A DNA stretch of 64,000 nt from Bacteroidota bacterium (GTDB lineage Bacteria; Bacteroidota; Bacteroidia; AKYH767-A; OLB10): positions 4,259 to 68,258 of the forward strand of contig CANFIN010000002.1 of assembly GCA_947447155.1 (NCBI GenBank), given 5' to 3'. Positions 30,701 to 39,581 of this stretch are shown one piece after another. Both the position numbers and the translations under genes were made by a program. The first letter of the stretch is position 1; every line of letters begins with the position of its first letter. Below the pieces are notes generated by a model that saw nothing but the letters and a program-made list of their open reading frames with translations, made no database searches and was not told where the DNA came from.

Positions 30701-32473
30701 GTACCGTTAGCTAACTATGCATCAGGCAATGTTTGTTTAGGTGATACAACAAATTTCTTCGATCAGTCGCAGGTTTTAGGTGGAAGTCCTTTTACTTACT
30801 CATGGAATTTAGGTGATGGAACTACAAGTTCTATCGGAACTCCTTCTCACTTATATGCAACAGCTGGAACATTTCCGGTATTATTAACTGTTACAACACC
30901 TTTTGGTTGCTCTAATACAATCACGCAAATGGTAAATGTATACGATCATCCAAATACAGATTTTGTATCTGGCAATGTTTGTATGAATAGTCCAACTTTA
31001 TTCATGGATGCATCAGTAGTAAGCGATGGAACAATTACAGGATGGTCATGGACTTTAGGTGACGGAACAAATGCAACTGCACAAAACCCTTCACACTTTT
31101 ATAATGCACAAGGTGTTTATACAATAACACTAGAAACTACTTCCAATCATGGTTGTAAATCATCGGTGATTGATTCTATTGAAGTTTACGGCTTACCAAC
31201 ACCTTCTCCAATATCAGGCACAGGTTGCGTAAACAATAACATTTCATTAATGGATACGTCAAGCGGTCCGAATAATAATATTACAACATGGGAATGGGAT
31301 TTTGGTAATGGTATTATTAATACAAATCCAACTGTGAATACTTCATTCGCTACTTCGGGTACGCATACCGTTAGTTTGACTACTACAAATGCAAATGGTT
31401 GTCGTGCAACAAATATTGTAAATGTGATTATAAGTCCTTTACCAGTTGCTGGATTTATTCCTTCTGATGCTTGTGCGAATAGTAGCACTGTATTTACAAA
31501 TACTTCTACAATTTCGTCAGGAACTATTTCAGGATACTTCTGGGATTTTGGTGATGGATTTGGAATATCTACATCTGTAAATCCATCGTATACTTATTTA
31601 CAACCAGGTACGTATACAGTAACAATGATTGCAACAAGCAATGAAGGTTGTTCAGATACAATTACACATACAGTTACAATTTTTCCTTTACCAGTTCCAA
31701 ATTTCTTGCATATCTCAGCTGCAGGTTGTGGTCCATTGGTAGTTAACTTCACAGATTCATCTTATATCGCTCAAGGCAGTGTGATTGCATGGTTCTGGGA
31801 TTTTGGTGATGGACAATCATCAACATTACAAAATCCGTCTCATACGTATGAAGCAAGCGGTACTTATAATGTTACGTTAACTGTAACTAGTAATAACGGT
31901 TGTGAAAATTCAATCACAGTTCCAAATATTGTGACTGTTTATCCTGCGCCAATTGCAGAGTTTGAACCAGATCCAGCTCAAGCTTCTATCATACATCCAG
32001 AATTTAATTTCACGAATTTAACCTCTGGTGGATTAACATATTCTTGGACATTCGGTGATGGAACAGGTAATAGTCAGTTTGAACCAAATCACATGTATGC
32101 TGATACTGGCACCTACATGGTAACGTTATACGTAACTAACTCATACGGCTGTCGCGATACTGTAAAACATCCTGTTCGCGTATTACCTGAGTTTGAATGG
32201 TGGATTCCAAATGCATTCAGTCCGAATGAAGATGGTGTTAACGATGGCTTCAATGTGAAAGGAATTAGTATCGTAGATGTGAAGTTATCTATCTTCAATC
32301 GCTGGGGAGATCAGATATTCTATAGTGAAGGAAGAAATAACAGAGATTGGGATGGTAGTGTAGTGGGTGTTCCAACAAAAGCACAAGATGGTGTTTATGT
32401 GTATCAGGTTAAGGTGCAAGATGTATGGGGTAAATTCCACGAAAAAGTGGGACAAGTATATTTAGTTCGCTAG
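24713..32473 (+). CDS. Giant PKD/Ig-like repeat protein (2586 aa) with a gliding-motility-associated (T9SS type B) C-terminal domain.
   Basis: Signal peptide MSQKLQIWITSLLILVSTTFSHQAVA. About 20 PKD-like repeats (W.FGDG..S....P.H.Y...G.Y.V.L) alternate with GPDQ..C.G....L.A.GG..Y.W Ig-like units. C-terminus EFEWWIPNAFSPNEDGVNDGF...VYQVKVQDVWGKFHEKVGQVYLVR. Confidence 0.85.
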   Translation: MPVMSQKLQIWITSLLILVSTTFSHQAVASHAMGADLTYQCLGGNTYKVRLSFYRDCIGIPAPANVYINVRSANCNKALGVTAYPIPGTGQQVTYLCPTATTTCNGGTFTGIQEWVYEGILTLPMQCTDWQFSYSLCCRNAAITTITNPGSNTFYIYANLNNVASTCNSSPTFSNKPVPFACLGQQLCFNHGAIDADGDSLVYSLVNPQQTATAAVAYSAPYNAANPLASSPAMQFNTATGDICFTPTQLQVTVMAVLVKEYRNGVLIGSVVRDIQVTVLNCSNDLPNLTGINGTTDFDMTVCANTPTCFNVFSNDPNVGQNLSVFYNNAIQGGTFNTTTAAHPTGTFCWTPTQADISNTPHCFTLRVGDDACPYIGSQTYSYCITVTGIIVNAGPDQYIACSDLATVSASASGGTGPYTYLWSNGYTNPTQTVPVGTYVVTVSDGTCSSTDTVNVISAFQPTADFTWTGGCAGSTVNFTDASTTQGGINTWTWNFGDGTTSGLQNPTHAYPNSGTYNVSLIIENIYGCVDTIVKPVTIVPIPLPAFTVDTACVGSGIHFINTSSPSGLTYSWSFSNGSTSGISNPTLVVGTSGNYSATLIVLDSLGCGDTLTKPFVVHPQPIANFNHTGSNCLNTPISFTNTSTGSPTSYTWNFGDGSTSTATSPTHSYASSGTYNVSLIAMNSFGCFDTIVQPVFINLPPVANAGPDQTVCLGSSVNLSATGGVSYSWAPGSLSGNPVSVSPSNTTNYVVIVTDANGCTAKDTVRILVNQLPVPTVSGNQTICVGQSATLTASGGVTYYWNPSGSTSSTITVSPGTSTSYAVNVVDANGCQGTGFVNVTVRPNPTINLQPAVFICSGVNATLDAGAGSSWLWSNGATSQTIAVNNQGIYTVTVTNQYGCSAVASTQVTVGGQTISNNTAISICQGQTATINAGYAGSTYVWNNGSTASSITATISGVYTVVITDANGCSGTVMHTLNVHPLPVPNFTPYDVCINTPVQFTDVSSLNGDTINSWSWDLGDGNVSYQQNPLHYYLSSGTYPISLTLTTSAGCTASLNDTVNVYPLPQALFSHVNSCSGNAVTFHDNSTTGMGVVNYWSWSFGDGATSSSQHPSHVYAAPGTYNVTLTVGTAGGCLDSIMDQVVVFPKPLVAFNPTVTSACAGSSVSFTNSSTTTNGAINSWIWNFGNGQTSIAANPSAVFTSAGTYTVSLIATTSHGCTDTLRGSVTINSLPNADAGSNANICRGTTTTLTATGGTAYLWSPGGSSNATINVSPNNNTTYYVTVTNAAGCTARDSARITVMDVPSANAGADKSLCVGGNVNLTATGGGTYSWTPGNLSGASVSVNPAATTNYIVTVTSSNGCTAKDTVKVNVNQLPIANAGPDQTICEGVTATLTATGGSTYYWQYNGATTSTVYVNPIANSSYVVTVTSAAGCIKKDTVNVNLVAKPIVTLPNAFFCTGFSTVLNAGNPGMTYDWSPTGESTQSIVVSTPGVYQVVVTNAAGCQGTAASTVIESGSNLSSNAVNAIACQGSTITLNAGNSGVSYLWSNGATSQTINVNTTGAYTVTITDASGCSGSIINNVTIHPKPTANFVASNACLGLSTTLVDGSNLSSGNIMSWSWTLPNGMLSNTQFFNYTFPSAGTYPVKLVVTSGNGCIDSITQNVTIYPVPTAQFSESTVCEGNPTVFANQSSIPAGSISTYYWNFGDGSTGIGVAPSHTYASAGNYITTLVVQSALGCIDTLIQSLNVNPNPIASFSANDVCHGDSTEFINASYVPNGILSDINWDFGDGASSTDLNPKHKYVQPGTYHVTLSVGSNQACNKIYSKDVTVNARPSAAILAGNVCDGLPVSFVDNSTISSGSISGYYWNFGDGTGSNNQNENHQYLLAGTYNIVLLATSDKGCVGVAAANTTVFDLPLADFSTSSSCEGAATNFTDLSSVASGTINSWSWSLGDGNTASGNAPSHAYMNPGNFIVSLVVTSASGCKDTLEKTISVYPVPLANYASGNVCLGDTTNFFDQSQVLGGSPFTYSWNLGDGTTSSIGTPSHLYATAGTFPVLLTVTTPFGCSNTITQMVNVYDHPNTDFVSGNVCMNSPTLFMDASVVSDGTITGWSWTLGDGTNATAQNPSHFYNAQGVYTITLETTSNHGCKSSVIDSIEVYGLPTPSPISGTGCVNNNISLMDTSSGPNNNITTWEWDFGNGIINTNPTVNTSFATSGTHTVSLTTTNANGCRATNIVNVIISPLPVAGFIPSDACANSSTVFTNTSTISSGTISGYFWDFGDGFGISTSVNPSYTYLQPGTYTVTMIATSNEGCSDTITHTVTIFPLPVPNFLHISAAGCGPLVVNFTDSSYIAQGSVIAWFWDFGDGQSSTLQNPSHTYEASGTYNVTLTVTSNNGCENSITVPNIVTVYPAPIAEFEPDPAQASIIHPEFNFTNLTSGGLTYSWTFGDGTGNSQFEPNHMYADTGTYMVTLYVTNSYGCRDTVKHPVRVLPEFEWWIPNAFSPNEDGVNDGFNVKGISIVDVKLSIFNRWGDQIFYSEGRNNRDWDGSVVGVPTKAQDGVYVYQVKVQDVWGKFHEKVGQVYLVR

Positions 32474-32493
32474 TTCTTTAAATTGCTTATAAC

Positions 32494-32530
32494 GAAAAAA
32501 TCCCCGACGGTTACCATCGGGGATTTTTAT
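32494..32530. terminator. Bidirectional rho-independent terminator between convergent genes.
   Basis: Stem ATCCCCGA / TCGGGGAT with a 9-nt loop. A-run upstream and T-run downstream. Confidence 0.75.
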
Positions 32531-32545
32531 TTTGTGTTAGTGTCA

Positions 32546-33190
32546 TTATCGTAAATCAACTATTTCAACTCCTGGATATTTAGCCTTGTTGAAAGAGAAT
32601 AAATCATCAGTAACTAAAGCATTAGGAGTAAACTTAATGATAGAGTAAGTGTAAATATTACCATTCTTATCAAACACTTTTGCTTCGTTAACATATTTAC
32701 CTGCTTTGTCAATAGTTAATTGAATTTTAAAGTAACTCTTTTTACTATCATCCGGGGTTAATTCAATTAGTTGTATGGCTTTACCTGCTACTGTTTTATT
32801 TGCTAAGAATTTTGACTTAAACCCTTTCTCATACATTGTGAAAATTGTAGTAGGAGAGATGGCATCGGCCGAAGCCTTATTTTCGCTTATTTGTACTTCA
32901 TTGGACTCTTTCATATATGTCCAAGTTGTCTTTCCATCACACATTACCGTCTGACCATTCATTGCAAAATTATATGCAGCCCCCTTTAAAGAAACTGTAC
33001 CACTTTGCGCAGTTGTTTTCTTCGATTTCTGATCTAATAGATTGAGCTTAAAGCTGGCCGTTAGTGTTTTATACGATTTGTATTTCGCACTTACGCCCTT
33101 TAAAATTTCCTGCGCTTTCGGATCTGTTTGAGCTATTAACTGACTAGCTATCAATCCTAATATCACCATCGTAAGCAAAAACTTTTTCAT
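32546..33190 (-). CDS. lolA: Outer-membrane lipoprotein carrier protein LolA-family.
   Basis: Signal peptide MKKFLLTMVILGLIASQLIAQ. LolA-like size. Sits in the ftsK-lolA position conserved in Bacteroidota. Confidence 0.65.
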   Translation of the reverse strand: MKKFLLTMVILGLIASQLIAQTDPKAQEILKGVSAKYKSYKTLTASFKLNLLDQKSKKTTAQSGTVSLKGAAYNFAMNGQTVMCDGKTTWTYMKESNEVQISENKASADAISPTTIFTMYEKGFKSKFLANKTVAGKAIQLIELTPDDSKKSYFKIQLTIDKAGKYVNEAKVFDKNGNIYTYSIIKFTPNALVTDDLFSFNKAKYPGVEIVDLR

Positions 33191-33254
33191 AGTCCTTTTT
33201 TCAAATGAGAACGCAAATATACACTTCTTAGGTATATATGAACTTACACACTCA

Positions 33255-35828
33255 TTAACCGCGGATATTTTTCAGGATTTCATCTAAATGATGCATGTCT
33301 TTAACCCGGACTTCACGTGCTTTACTTCCTTCAAAAGGTCCAATAATTCCTGCAGCTTCTAACTGATCGACTAAACGTCCTGCACGGTTATATCCTAACT
33401 TCAAACGGCGTTGTAAAAGAGATGCAGAACCTTGCTGGAACTGAACTACCATACGAGCAGCATCTTCAAACATCGAGTCTAAATCATCACCACCCATATC
33501 ACGACTACCACCAGTGTCACCTTCATCAGTTGAATATTCTGGAAGGATATAAGGATTTGGATAACCTCGCTGGTTTCCAATAAAGCTTGTGATAGAATCA
33601 ACTTCAGGAGTATCTACAAAAGCACATTGTACACGAATCAAATCAGATCCATTACTCAATAACATATCCCCGCGACCAATTAACTGATCAGCACCACCAG
33701 TATCTAGGATTGTTCTTGAATCAATTTTAGAAGTCACTTTAAATGCTAAACGTGCAGGGAAGTTTGCTTTGATTGTTCCTGTGATGATATTTACCGAAGG
33801 ACGTTGCGTTGCAATGATTAAGTGAATACCAATCGCACGAGCTAACTGAGCTAAACGCGCAATCGGAGTTTCAATTTCTTTACCTGCTGTCATAATTAAA
33901 TCTGCAAACTCATCCACTACCAAAACTATGTATGGTAAGAATCGATGACCTTTATTCGGATTTAATTTACGTTCGATAAATTTCTTATTGTACTCTTTTA
34001 TATTTCTAACCTGTGCTTCTTTTAATAACTCATAACGGTTATCCATTTCGATACAAAGTGAATTAACCGTATTTACTACTAATTTCGTGTCGGTGATAAT
34101 CGCATCTCCATCACCTGGAAGCTTCGCAAGAAAATGTCGTTCGATAGTTTTAAATAAAGTTAATTCAACTTTCTTCGGATCGACTAATACGAACTTAACT
34201 TGCGCAGGATGTTTTTTGTATAGTAATGAAACAAGAATTGCATTTAATCCAACCGACTTGCCTTGACCGGTAGCACCTGCCATTAGTAAGTGAGGCATCT
34301 TTGCTAAATCTGCAATAAAAATTTCATTTGATATTGTTTTACCTAAAGCAATTGGTAAATCGTAATCAGTATTCTGGAATTTTTCTGAGGCCATTACTGA
34401 ACGCATACTCACCACATCAGGATTCTGGTTCGGTACTTCGATCCCGATAGTTCCTTTGCCTGGAATAGGAGCAATGATACGAATACCTAATGCTGCTAAA
34501 CTAAGTGCAATATCATCTTCCAGATTTTTAATTTTCGAAATACGAATACCTGCCTTTGGAACAATCTCAAACAAAGTTACAGTAGGCCCAACTGTTGCTT
34601 TGATACGTTCGATTTCGATGTCGTAGTGACCAAGTGTTTCAATGATTCGTTTTTTGTTCGCTTCTAGCTCGGTCATTAATTCTTCCTTCGACATTTGCGA
34701 GCGATTAGAAGTGTAGTTCTCTAATAAATCGAGCGTAGGGTATTGGTAGCTGCTTAAGTCGAGTGTTGGATCATATTCTCCTAACTGTTCCACTAAACTT
34801 GTTTCTTCTTCTGAAACTACGTGAATGCCTTCTGCATCTTCGCCACCATCATCTTGTGCAACTGGAGCAATTTCCAACGAAAGTGGATCAGTATTCGATG
34901 GTTTCTTAACTTCAATCACAGGCTCTAATTCTATTGGCTCTTCCTCCGAAAAATTATCTCCTAAATCATCTTCTTGCATTTCTGTTTGAAAAATAGTATC
35001 AGGAGTATCATCAATAATTTCAGGCTTTGCTTCTTCTTTGATTTGATTACCTGCTTGAATAGGAGCAGCAATTGGTGCAGGTGCTGATTCGATAGCTACA
35101 TCTGCTTCATTTTCTGCGGATGCTTTAGATAAGAAAGAAGGCAGATTGAATGCGAAATTAAATACAGCAACAGCGAAAGCTAATCCAACAAAAATTAAAA
35201 CAATTCCAGCACCTACTTTACCTAATGATAATTCGAGTGCTTCGTTAATAGTAGCGCCTAAGCCACCACCTAAGAATTGTAAATTAGGATTGTTCCAAGC
35301 AATATATGAACATAACGCAGGTATGAACAGCAAACTAAAAAAACTATAACGCAATGTTTTTTTAAACGGCAATAGTTCGATGCCGAATAAAATTTTAAAT
35401 CCTGGTATGATGCTTAATATAACAAAAGTATAAGCTGCTATTCCAAACCACATGTACATAAACTGATGTGAGATAATAGCGCCAAACTTCCCCAGCCAAT
35501 TGTCTACTTTATTTCCTTTGTAAACTATTAAGTCGAACCACGAACCACTAACAAGGCTCTGATCGTTTTTCCAAGTAAAGAAATAAGACGTAAAAGCTAT
35601 CAAAAGAAAAACAGAAACAACAATCAGCAACATACCGCTGATTTTGAATGTACGTTCATCACGAATAAAATTAGCTATCGGACCAGGCTCATTTGAAGGA
35701 ACGGGCTTTTCTTTTTTTACCTTTTGTTTTTTCTCGCGTACGGGTGCAATTTCTTCTTCTTGAGTTTCTTCAACTTCCAATTCTGGTTCTTGCTTTTTAG
35801 GCTTTAAAACATTACCACTTCCTGCCAT
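33255..35828 (-). CDS. ftsK: DNA translocase FtsK.
   Basis: N-terminal TM segments. Walker A GATGQGKSVGLNA. C-terminal gamma-domain SLLQRRLKLGYNRAGRLVDQLE. Confidence 0.95.
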   Translation of the reverse strand: MAGSGNVLKPKKQEPELEVEETQEEEIAPVREKKQKVKKEKPVPSNEPGPIANFIRDERTFKISGMLLIVVSVFLLIAFTSYFFTWKNDQSLVSGSWFDLIVYKGNKVDNWLGKFGAIISHQFMYMWFGIAAYTFVILSIIPGFKILFGIELLPFKKTLRYSFFSLLFIPALCSYIAWNNPNLQFLGGGLGATINEALELSLGKVGAGIVLIFVGLAFAVAVFNFAFNLPSFLSKASAENEADVAIESAPAPIAAPIQAGNQIKEEAKPEIIDDTPDTIFQTEMQEDDLGDNFSEEEPIELEPVIEVKKPSNTDPLSLEIAPVAQDDGGEDAEGIHVVSEEETSLVEQLGEYDPTLDLSSYQYPTLDLLENYTSNRSQMSKEELMTELEANKKRIIETLGHYDIEIERIKATVGPTVTLFEIVPKAGIRISKIKNLEDDIALSLAALGIRIIAPIPGKGTIGIEVPNQNPDVVSMRSVMASEKFQNTDYDLPIALGKTISNEIFIADLAKMPHLLMAGATGQGKSVGLNAILVSLLYKKHPAQVKFVLVDPKKVELTLFKTIERHFLAKLPGDGDAIITDTKLVVNTVNSLCIEMDNRYELLKEAQVRNIKEYNKKFIERKLNPNKGHRFLPYIVLVVDEFADLIMTAGKEIETPIARLAQLARAIGIHLIIATQRPSVNIITGTIKANFPARLAFKVTSKIDSRTILDTGGADQLIGRGDMLLSNGSDLIRVQCAFVDTPEVDSITSFIGNQRGYPNPYILPEYSTDEGDTGGSRDMGGDDLDSMFEDAARMVVQFQQGSASLLQRRLKLGYNRAGRLVDQLEAAGIIGPFEGSKAREVRVKDMHHLDEILKNIRG

Positions 35829-36308
35829 ATAATTTTTTGTGTAAAAAGTAAAAATACCAAGGAGAGCATTACTGATTCTCTATAAGGGAACGAGTTATTC
35901 AACAATTTTGTGTGTAAAACTAAATTTTTCTTTTTCGTTTGATTTGAATTGTGAGCATAATATAATGTTTGGTCAATTTTAAGCTTAAAAACTTTCTAAT
36001 AATTCATTCTTATTTGATTGATTATCTAATTATTCTTTCTTTTGTCTTGACACAAAACGAAAGAATCAAAGAAAAAGTTCAATCCCGATAGCTATCGGGA
36101 ACACTTTATTCTTTTGCAGGCAAATTTTTTCCTCGATAAAATTGCTACAAATTCCGTGATTTCCTCACAGGCTCGGAACTTCTAAATTTGTTAAACGAAA
36201 TTTTATTATCGTCAAAACCCGAATAAACTGAGGCCGAATTACTATTCATTAAGAATGATCTCGATTTGATTTGTGTTGTATTCAAACGAATAATAAAAAA
36301 CTAAACTT

Positions 36309-36345
36309 CAAATTGTCTGATTTTCAAATTGTCAAATTGTCAAAT
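36309..36345. repeat. Three tandem CAAATTGTC-like direct repeats about 90 nt upstream of the MBL-rhodanese gene. This is a candidate operator.
   Basis: caaattgtc (36309-36317), caaattgtc (36325-33), aaattgtc (36334-41). Confidence 0.5.
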
Positions 36346-36433
36346 AGATCGTTCTCTTTTCCAAACAAATCAAAAATCATATTTATTTATTACGCGCTAA
36401 TACGTAAATTTGCTCTCGAAAAATCATTGAATT

Positions 36434-37840
36434 ATGAAAATAGAACAGATTTATACTGGATGTTTAGCACAAGGAGCTTACTATATAGAATCAAATGGAG
36501 AGGTTGCAGTTATTGATCCGCTTCGTGAGATTCAACCATACTTAGACAGAGCATCAAAAGACAATGCAAATATCAAGTACGTATTAGAAACTCATTTCCA
36601 TGCAGACTTCGTTTCGGGACATGTAGACTTATCAAAAGCTTCTGGTGCTACTATCGTTTTTGGTCCGAATGCAAATCCCGACTTTGAAGCCTTAATTGCA
36701 GTTGACAAACAAGAATTTAAATTAGGTGATGCTACGATAACGGTTTTACATACTCCCGGACATACGATGGAGTCGTCGTGTTATTTATTGACTGATAAAG
36801 ATGGAACACATAAAGCTGTTTTTACAGGTGATACATTGTTTATCGGTGATGTTGGTCGCCCCGACTTAGCGCAGAAAAGCGATATTACACAAGATGATTT
36901 AGCAGGATTTTTATTTGATTCTTTAAGAACAAAACTTATGACCTTGCCTGATGATATAATTGTTTACCCTGCACATGGAGCTGGTTCTGCTTGTGGAAAA
37001 AATATGAGCAAGGAAACCTTTGATACATTAGCACATCAGAAGGCTACAAATTATGCATTGCGTGCGGACATGACTAAAGAAGAATTTGTGAAAGAAGTAA
37101 CGGATGGATTAATGCCTCCTCCAGGATATTTTCCATTGAATGTGAAGATGAACAAGATGGGATATGCTAGTATTACCGATGTTATCAAGCGAGGTACTAC
37201 GGCATTAAGTCCTTCAGCATTCGAAGCAGCAGCGAACGAAACAGACGCCTTGATTTTAGATACACGTTCAGCTCAGGATTTTGCAAAAGCTTTTATTCCG
37301 AATTCAATTTTTATTGGTATTGATGGAGGATTTGCCCCATGGGTAGGCTCATTAATAGCCGATATTGAGCAAAAAATTTTAGTGGTTGCAGATGCTGGTC
37401 GTGAACAAGAGGTAATTACTCGTTTAGCGCGTGTTGGATACGATCACGCTATTGGATTTTTAGAAGGTGGCATTGATGCATGGAAGTCGGCAGGTAAAGA
37501 ATTAGACAGTATTGTTTCAGTAACTGCTGAAGAAACAGCTGATAAAATGAATGAGGGTTGTTTGGTGTTGGATGTTCGTAAGCCAGGTGAATACAATTCA
37601 GAGCATATTGTAGATGTAGAAAATATCCCTTTGGATTTTATCAATGATAACATGGCTTCTGTGCCTAAGGATAACCCTGTCTATATTCATTGTGCAGGTG
37701 GTTACCGTTCGATGATTTTCGTTTCAATTTTACGTGCACGTGGCTATCAGAATTTAATTGACGTACAGGGTGGCTTTGGAGCAATTAAGAAAACGGGTAA
37801 GTTTAATTTAGAGGCGACAGCTTGTAGCAATACTTATTAA
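36434..37840 (+). CDS. MBL-fold metallo-hydrolase fused to two rhodanese domains (persulfide-dioxygenase/sulfurtransferase-like).
   Basis: [12 protein letters not shown] motif. C-terminal rhodanese-like segments with CAGGYRS active-site Cys loop. Confidence 0.8.
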   Translation: MKIEQIYTGCLAQGAYYIESNGEVAVIDPLREIQPYLDRASKDNANIKYVLETHFHADFVSGHVDLSKASGATIVFGPNANPDFEALIAVDKQEFKLGDATITVLHTPGHTMESSCYLLTDKDGTHKAVFTGDTLFIGDVGRPDLAQKSDITQDDLAGFLFDSLRTKLMTLPDDIIVYPAHGAGSACGKNMSKETFDTLAHQKATNYALRADMTKEEFVKEVTDGLMPPPGYFPLNVKMNKMGYASITDVIKRGTTALSPSAFEAAANETDALILDTRSAQDFAKAFIPNSIFIGIDGGFAPWVGSLIADIEQKILVVADAGREQEVITRLARVGYDHAIGFLEGGIDAWKSAGKELDSIVSVTAEETADKMNEGCLVLDVRKPGEYNSEHIVDVENIPLDFINDNMASVPKDNPVYIHCAGGYRSMIFVSILRARGYQNLIDVQGGFGAIKKTGKFNLEATACSNTY

Positions 37841-37844
37841 TGCG

Positions 37845-38219
37845 TTGATGATTTATACAAAACCGTTCAGTGAAAGCTGTGCGGTTTTTTTTATAAAAAT
37901 AAAAAATCTAAATAATGAAAAAGAAAATTTAAAAGAGGTTAAATCCTTTGACGAACTTCTAGATGTAAAATACGGAAAGGTTGGAAGTATTAAACGTGAA
38001 GTGTTTGGTGAAAAAGCGCAGTATTTTGTCATTAGTGAAATGTTGAAAGAGGCAAGAAAGGAAGCCAATATGACTCAAGATGAACTCGCAGAAAAAGTAG
38101 GAACTAAAAAGAGTTACATATCACGTTTAGAAAATGGTAATTGTGATATCCAGCTTTCTACACTGTATCGAATATTCGAGATAGGTTTAGCTAAGCCGGT
38201 TCATTTATTAATCGGCTAG
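37845..38219 (+). CDS. XRE-family HTH protein of the HigA-antitoxin type (orphan). The start is uncertain. The alternative ATG at 38040 gives only the HTH core.
   Basis: [83 protein letters not shown] matches the Bacteroidota HigA-like pattern. The long ORF start at 37845 runs through a terminator hairpin. An out-of-frame ATGAAAAAGAAAATTTAA sits just upstream. Confidence 0.55.
   Translation: MMIYTKPFSESCAVFFIKIKNLNNEKENLKEVKSFDELLDVKYGKVGSIKREVFGEKAQYFVISEMLKEARKEANMTQDELAEKVGTKKSYISRLENGNCDIQLSTLYRIFEIGLAKPVHLLIG
37858..37892 (+). terminator. Terminator hairpin downstream of the MBL-rhodanese gene. It overlaps the annotated 5' end of the HTH ORF.
   Basis: AAACCG..CAGTGAAAGCTG..CGGTTTTTTTT. 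Confidence 0.55.
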
Positions 38220-38283
38220 TTTTTATTTTTTTAACTTCATTCAATAAATCGCCTAAAATTTCGTTGATGAATAAATTTTATTC

Positions 38284-39006
38284 ATGAAAAAACTTCCTAT
38301 CCAATTTGAATTTTTTATAATGACATTGATTCTGCTTTTAATTGTCAATTTATCATTTACCAATTCAACTAAGATAGATGTCATTACCTACACCGTTGAT
38401 CCCAAAAAGCAAAACATACAATTATTCTGGAAGGATGATAAAGGGTCAACAATTGGGAATTTTAAAAAACTTAAATCCTATATAGACACTAAAAAGAAAA
38501 CTCTGCTTTATGCTTGTAATGCAGGAATGTTTACTCCTCTCTATGGTCCGGTAGGATTGTATATTGAAAAGGGAAAGGTCATTCACAAAATGAATAATTC
38601 AGATGGCAAAGGGAATTTCAATTGGAAGCCAAATGGAGTCTTTTACATCACCAATAATAGCGAAGCTGGTGTTTGTCAATCAAGCGAGTTTAAATACAAC
38701 GGTAATGTTAAATACGCCACTCAGTCTGGACCAATGCTTGTTATCAATGGTAAAGTTCATGAAGGCTTTGATAAATCGAAGTCATTGTATGTTCGCAATG
38801 GGGTAGGTGTATTACCTGGTGGTAAAGTTGTTTTTGCAATGTCGAAGAAGGAAATCACATTTTACGACTTCGCAATATACTTCCTCGACTTAGGATGTAA
38901 AAATGCATTATACTTTGATGGTGCTATTTCCAAAACCTATTTACCATCTCAAAAATGGACAAACCAAGATGGACAGTTTGGTGTTATGGTAGGTGTGGTT
39001 GAATAA
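38284..39006 (+). CDS. Phosphodiester glycosidase family protein (DUF2233 / NAGPA-like).
   Basis: YACNAGMFTP...GPMLVINGKV...VRNGVGVLPGGKVVFAMS...ALYFDGAIS. N-terminal TM/signal. Confidence 0.6.
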   Translation: MKKLPIQFEFFIMTLILLLIVNLSFTNSTKIDVITYTVDPKKQNIQLFWKDDKGSTIGNFKKLKSYIDTKKKTLLYACNAGMFTPLYGPVGLYIEKGKVIHKMNNSDGKGNFNWKPNGVFYITNNSEAGVCQSSEFKYNGNVKYATQSGPMLVINGKVHEGFDKSKSLYVRNGVGVLPGGKVVFAMSKKEITFYDFAIYFLDLGCKNALYFDGAISKTYLPSQKWTNQDGQFGVMVGVVE

Positions 39007-39077
39007 TTTTAAAACAGTACTTTACTTTCTTGGAAAAATGTCTTATATTTGAGGACAAATGTCTATTGTAAAATTTT

Positions 39078-39581
39078 ATGTCGCCATTCACCACTCGAAT
39101 TGAAAAACAGCTTGACAAAAAGATTAATTCTTTTTTAAGAGAGGCGCGTTTTCAAGAATTTAAAAATGAGTCAAAATTAAATGTTAGTTATAATGATTTT
39201 CTTGCCAATAAGATGTTAATTATTGCTGCTATCAGAGCAGGAATTCCTTATTCACTTTTCAATTTAATTCAGTTGTACACCCCATTTTCAGATAACGACT
39301 GGGCCGATTTTTTAGATATATCAACTAAATCACTACAACGATATAAAACCAACACAGATCATCATTTTAAATCGATTCATTCTGAAAAAATAATCGAAAT
39401 GGCGGAAGTAACAAAAGTTGGGTTGGATGTATTTGGCGATATGGAAAAACTAAAGCTTTGGTTGAATACTCCCTCATTTGCGCTTGGTAAATTAAAACCT
39501 ATTGAGCTTTTAAAAGATTCCTATGGTAAAGAATTAGTCATTAGTGAACTTATAAGAATCAACCACGGCATCTTAGTATAA
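39078..39581 (+). CDS. Antitoxin of the Xre/MbcA/ParS family (DUF2384 C-terminal domain). Partner of the downstream RES toxin.
   Basis: The C-terminal VGLDVFGDMEKLKLWLNTPSFALGKLKPIELLKDSYGKELVISELIRINHGIL is the typical DUF2384 signature. Its stop abuts the ATG of the RES gene. Confidence 0.7.
   Translation: MSPFTTRIEKQLDKKINSFLREARFQEFKNESKLNVSYNDFLANKMLIIAAIRAGIPYSLFNLIQLYTPFSDNDWADFLDISTKSLQRYKTNTDHHFKSIHSEKIIEMAEVTKVGLDVFGDMEKLKLWLNTPSFALGKLKPIELLKDSYGKELVISELIRINHGILV

Noticed and set aside
36271-36516. 81-aa ORF overlapping the start of the MBL-rhodanese gene.
   Set aside because: It is out of frame with the real gene and low complexity. It more likely spans promoter and 5'UTR sequence.
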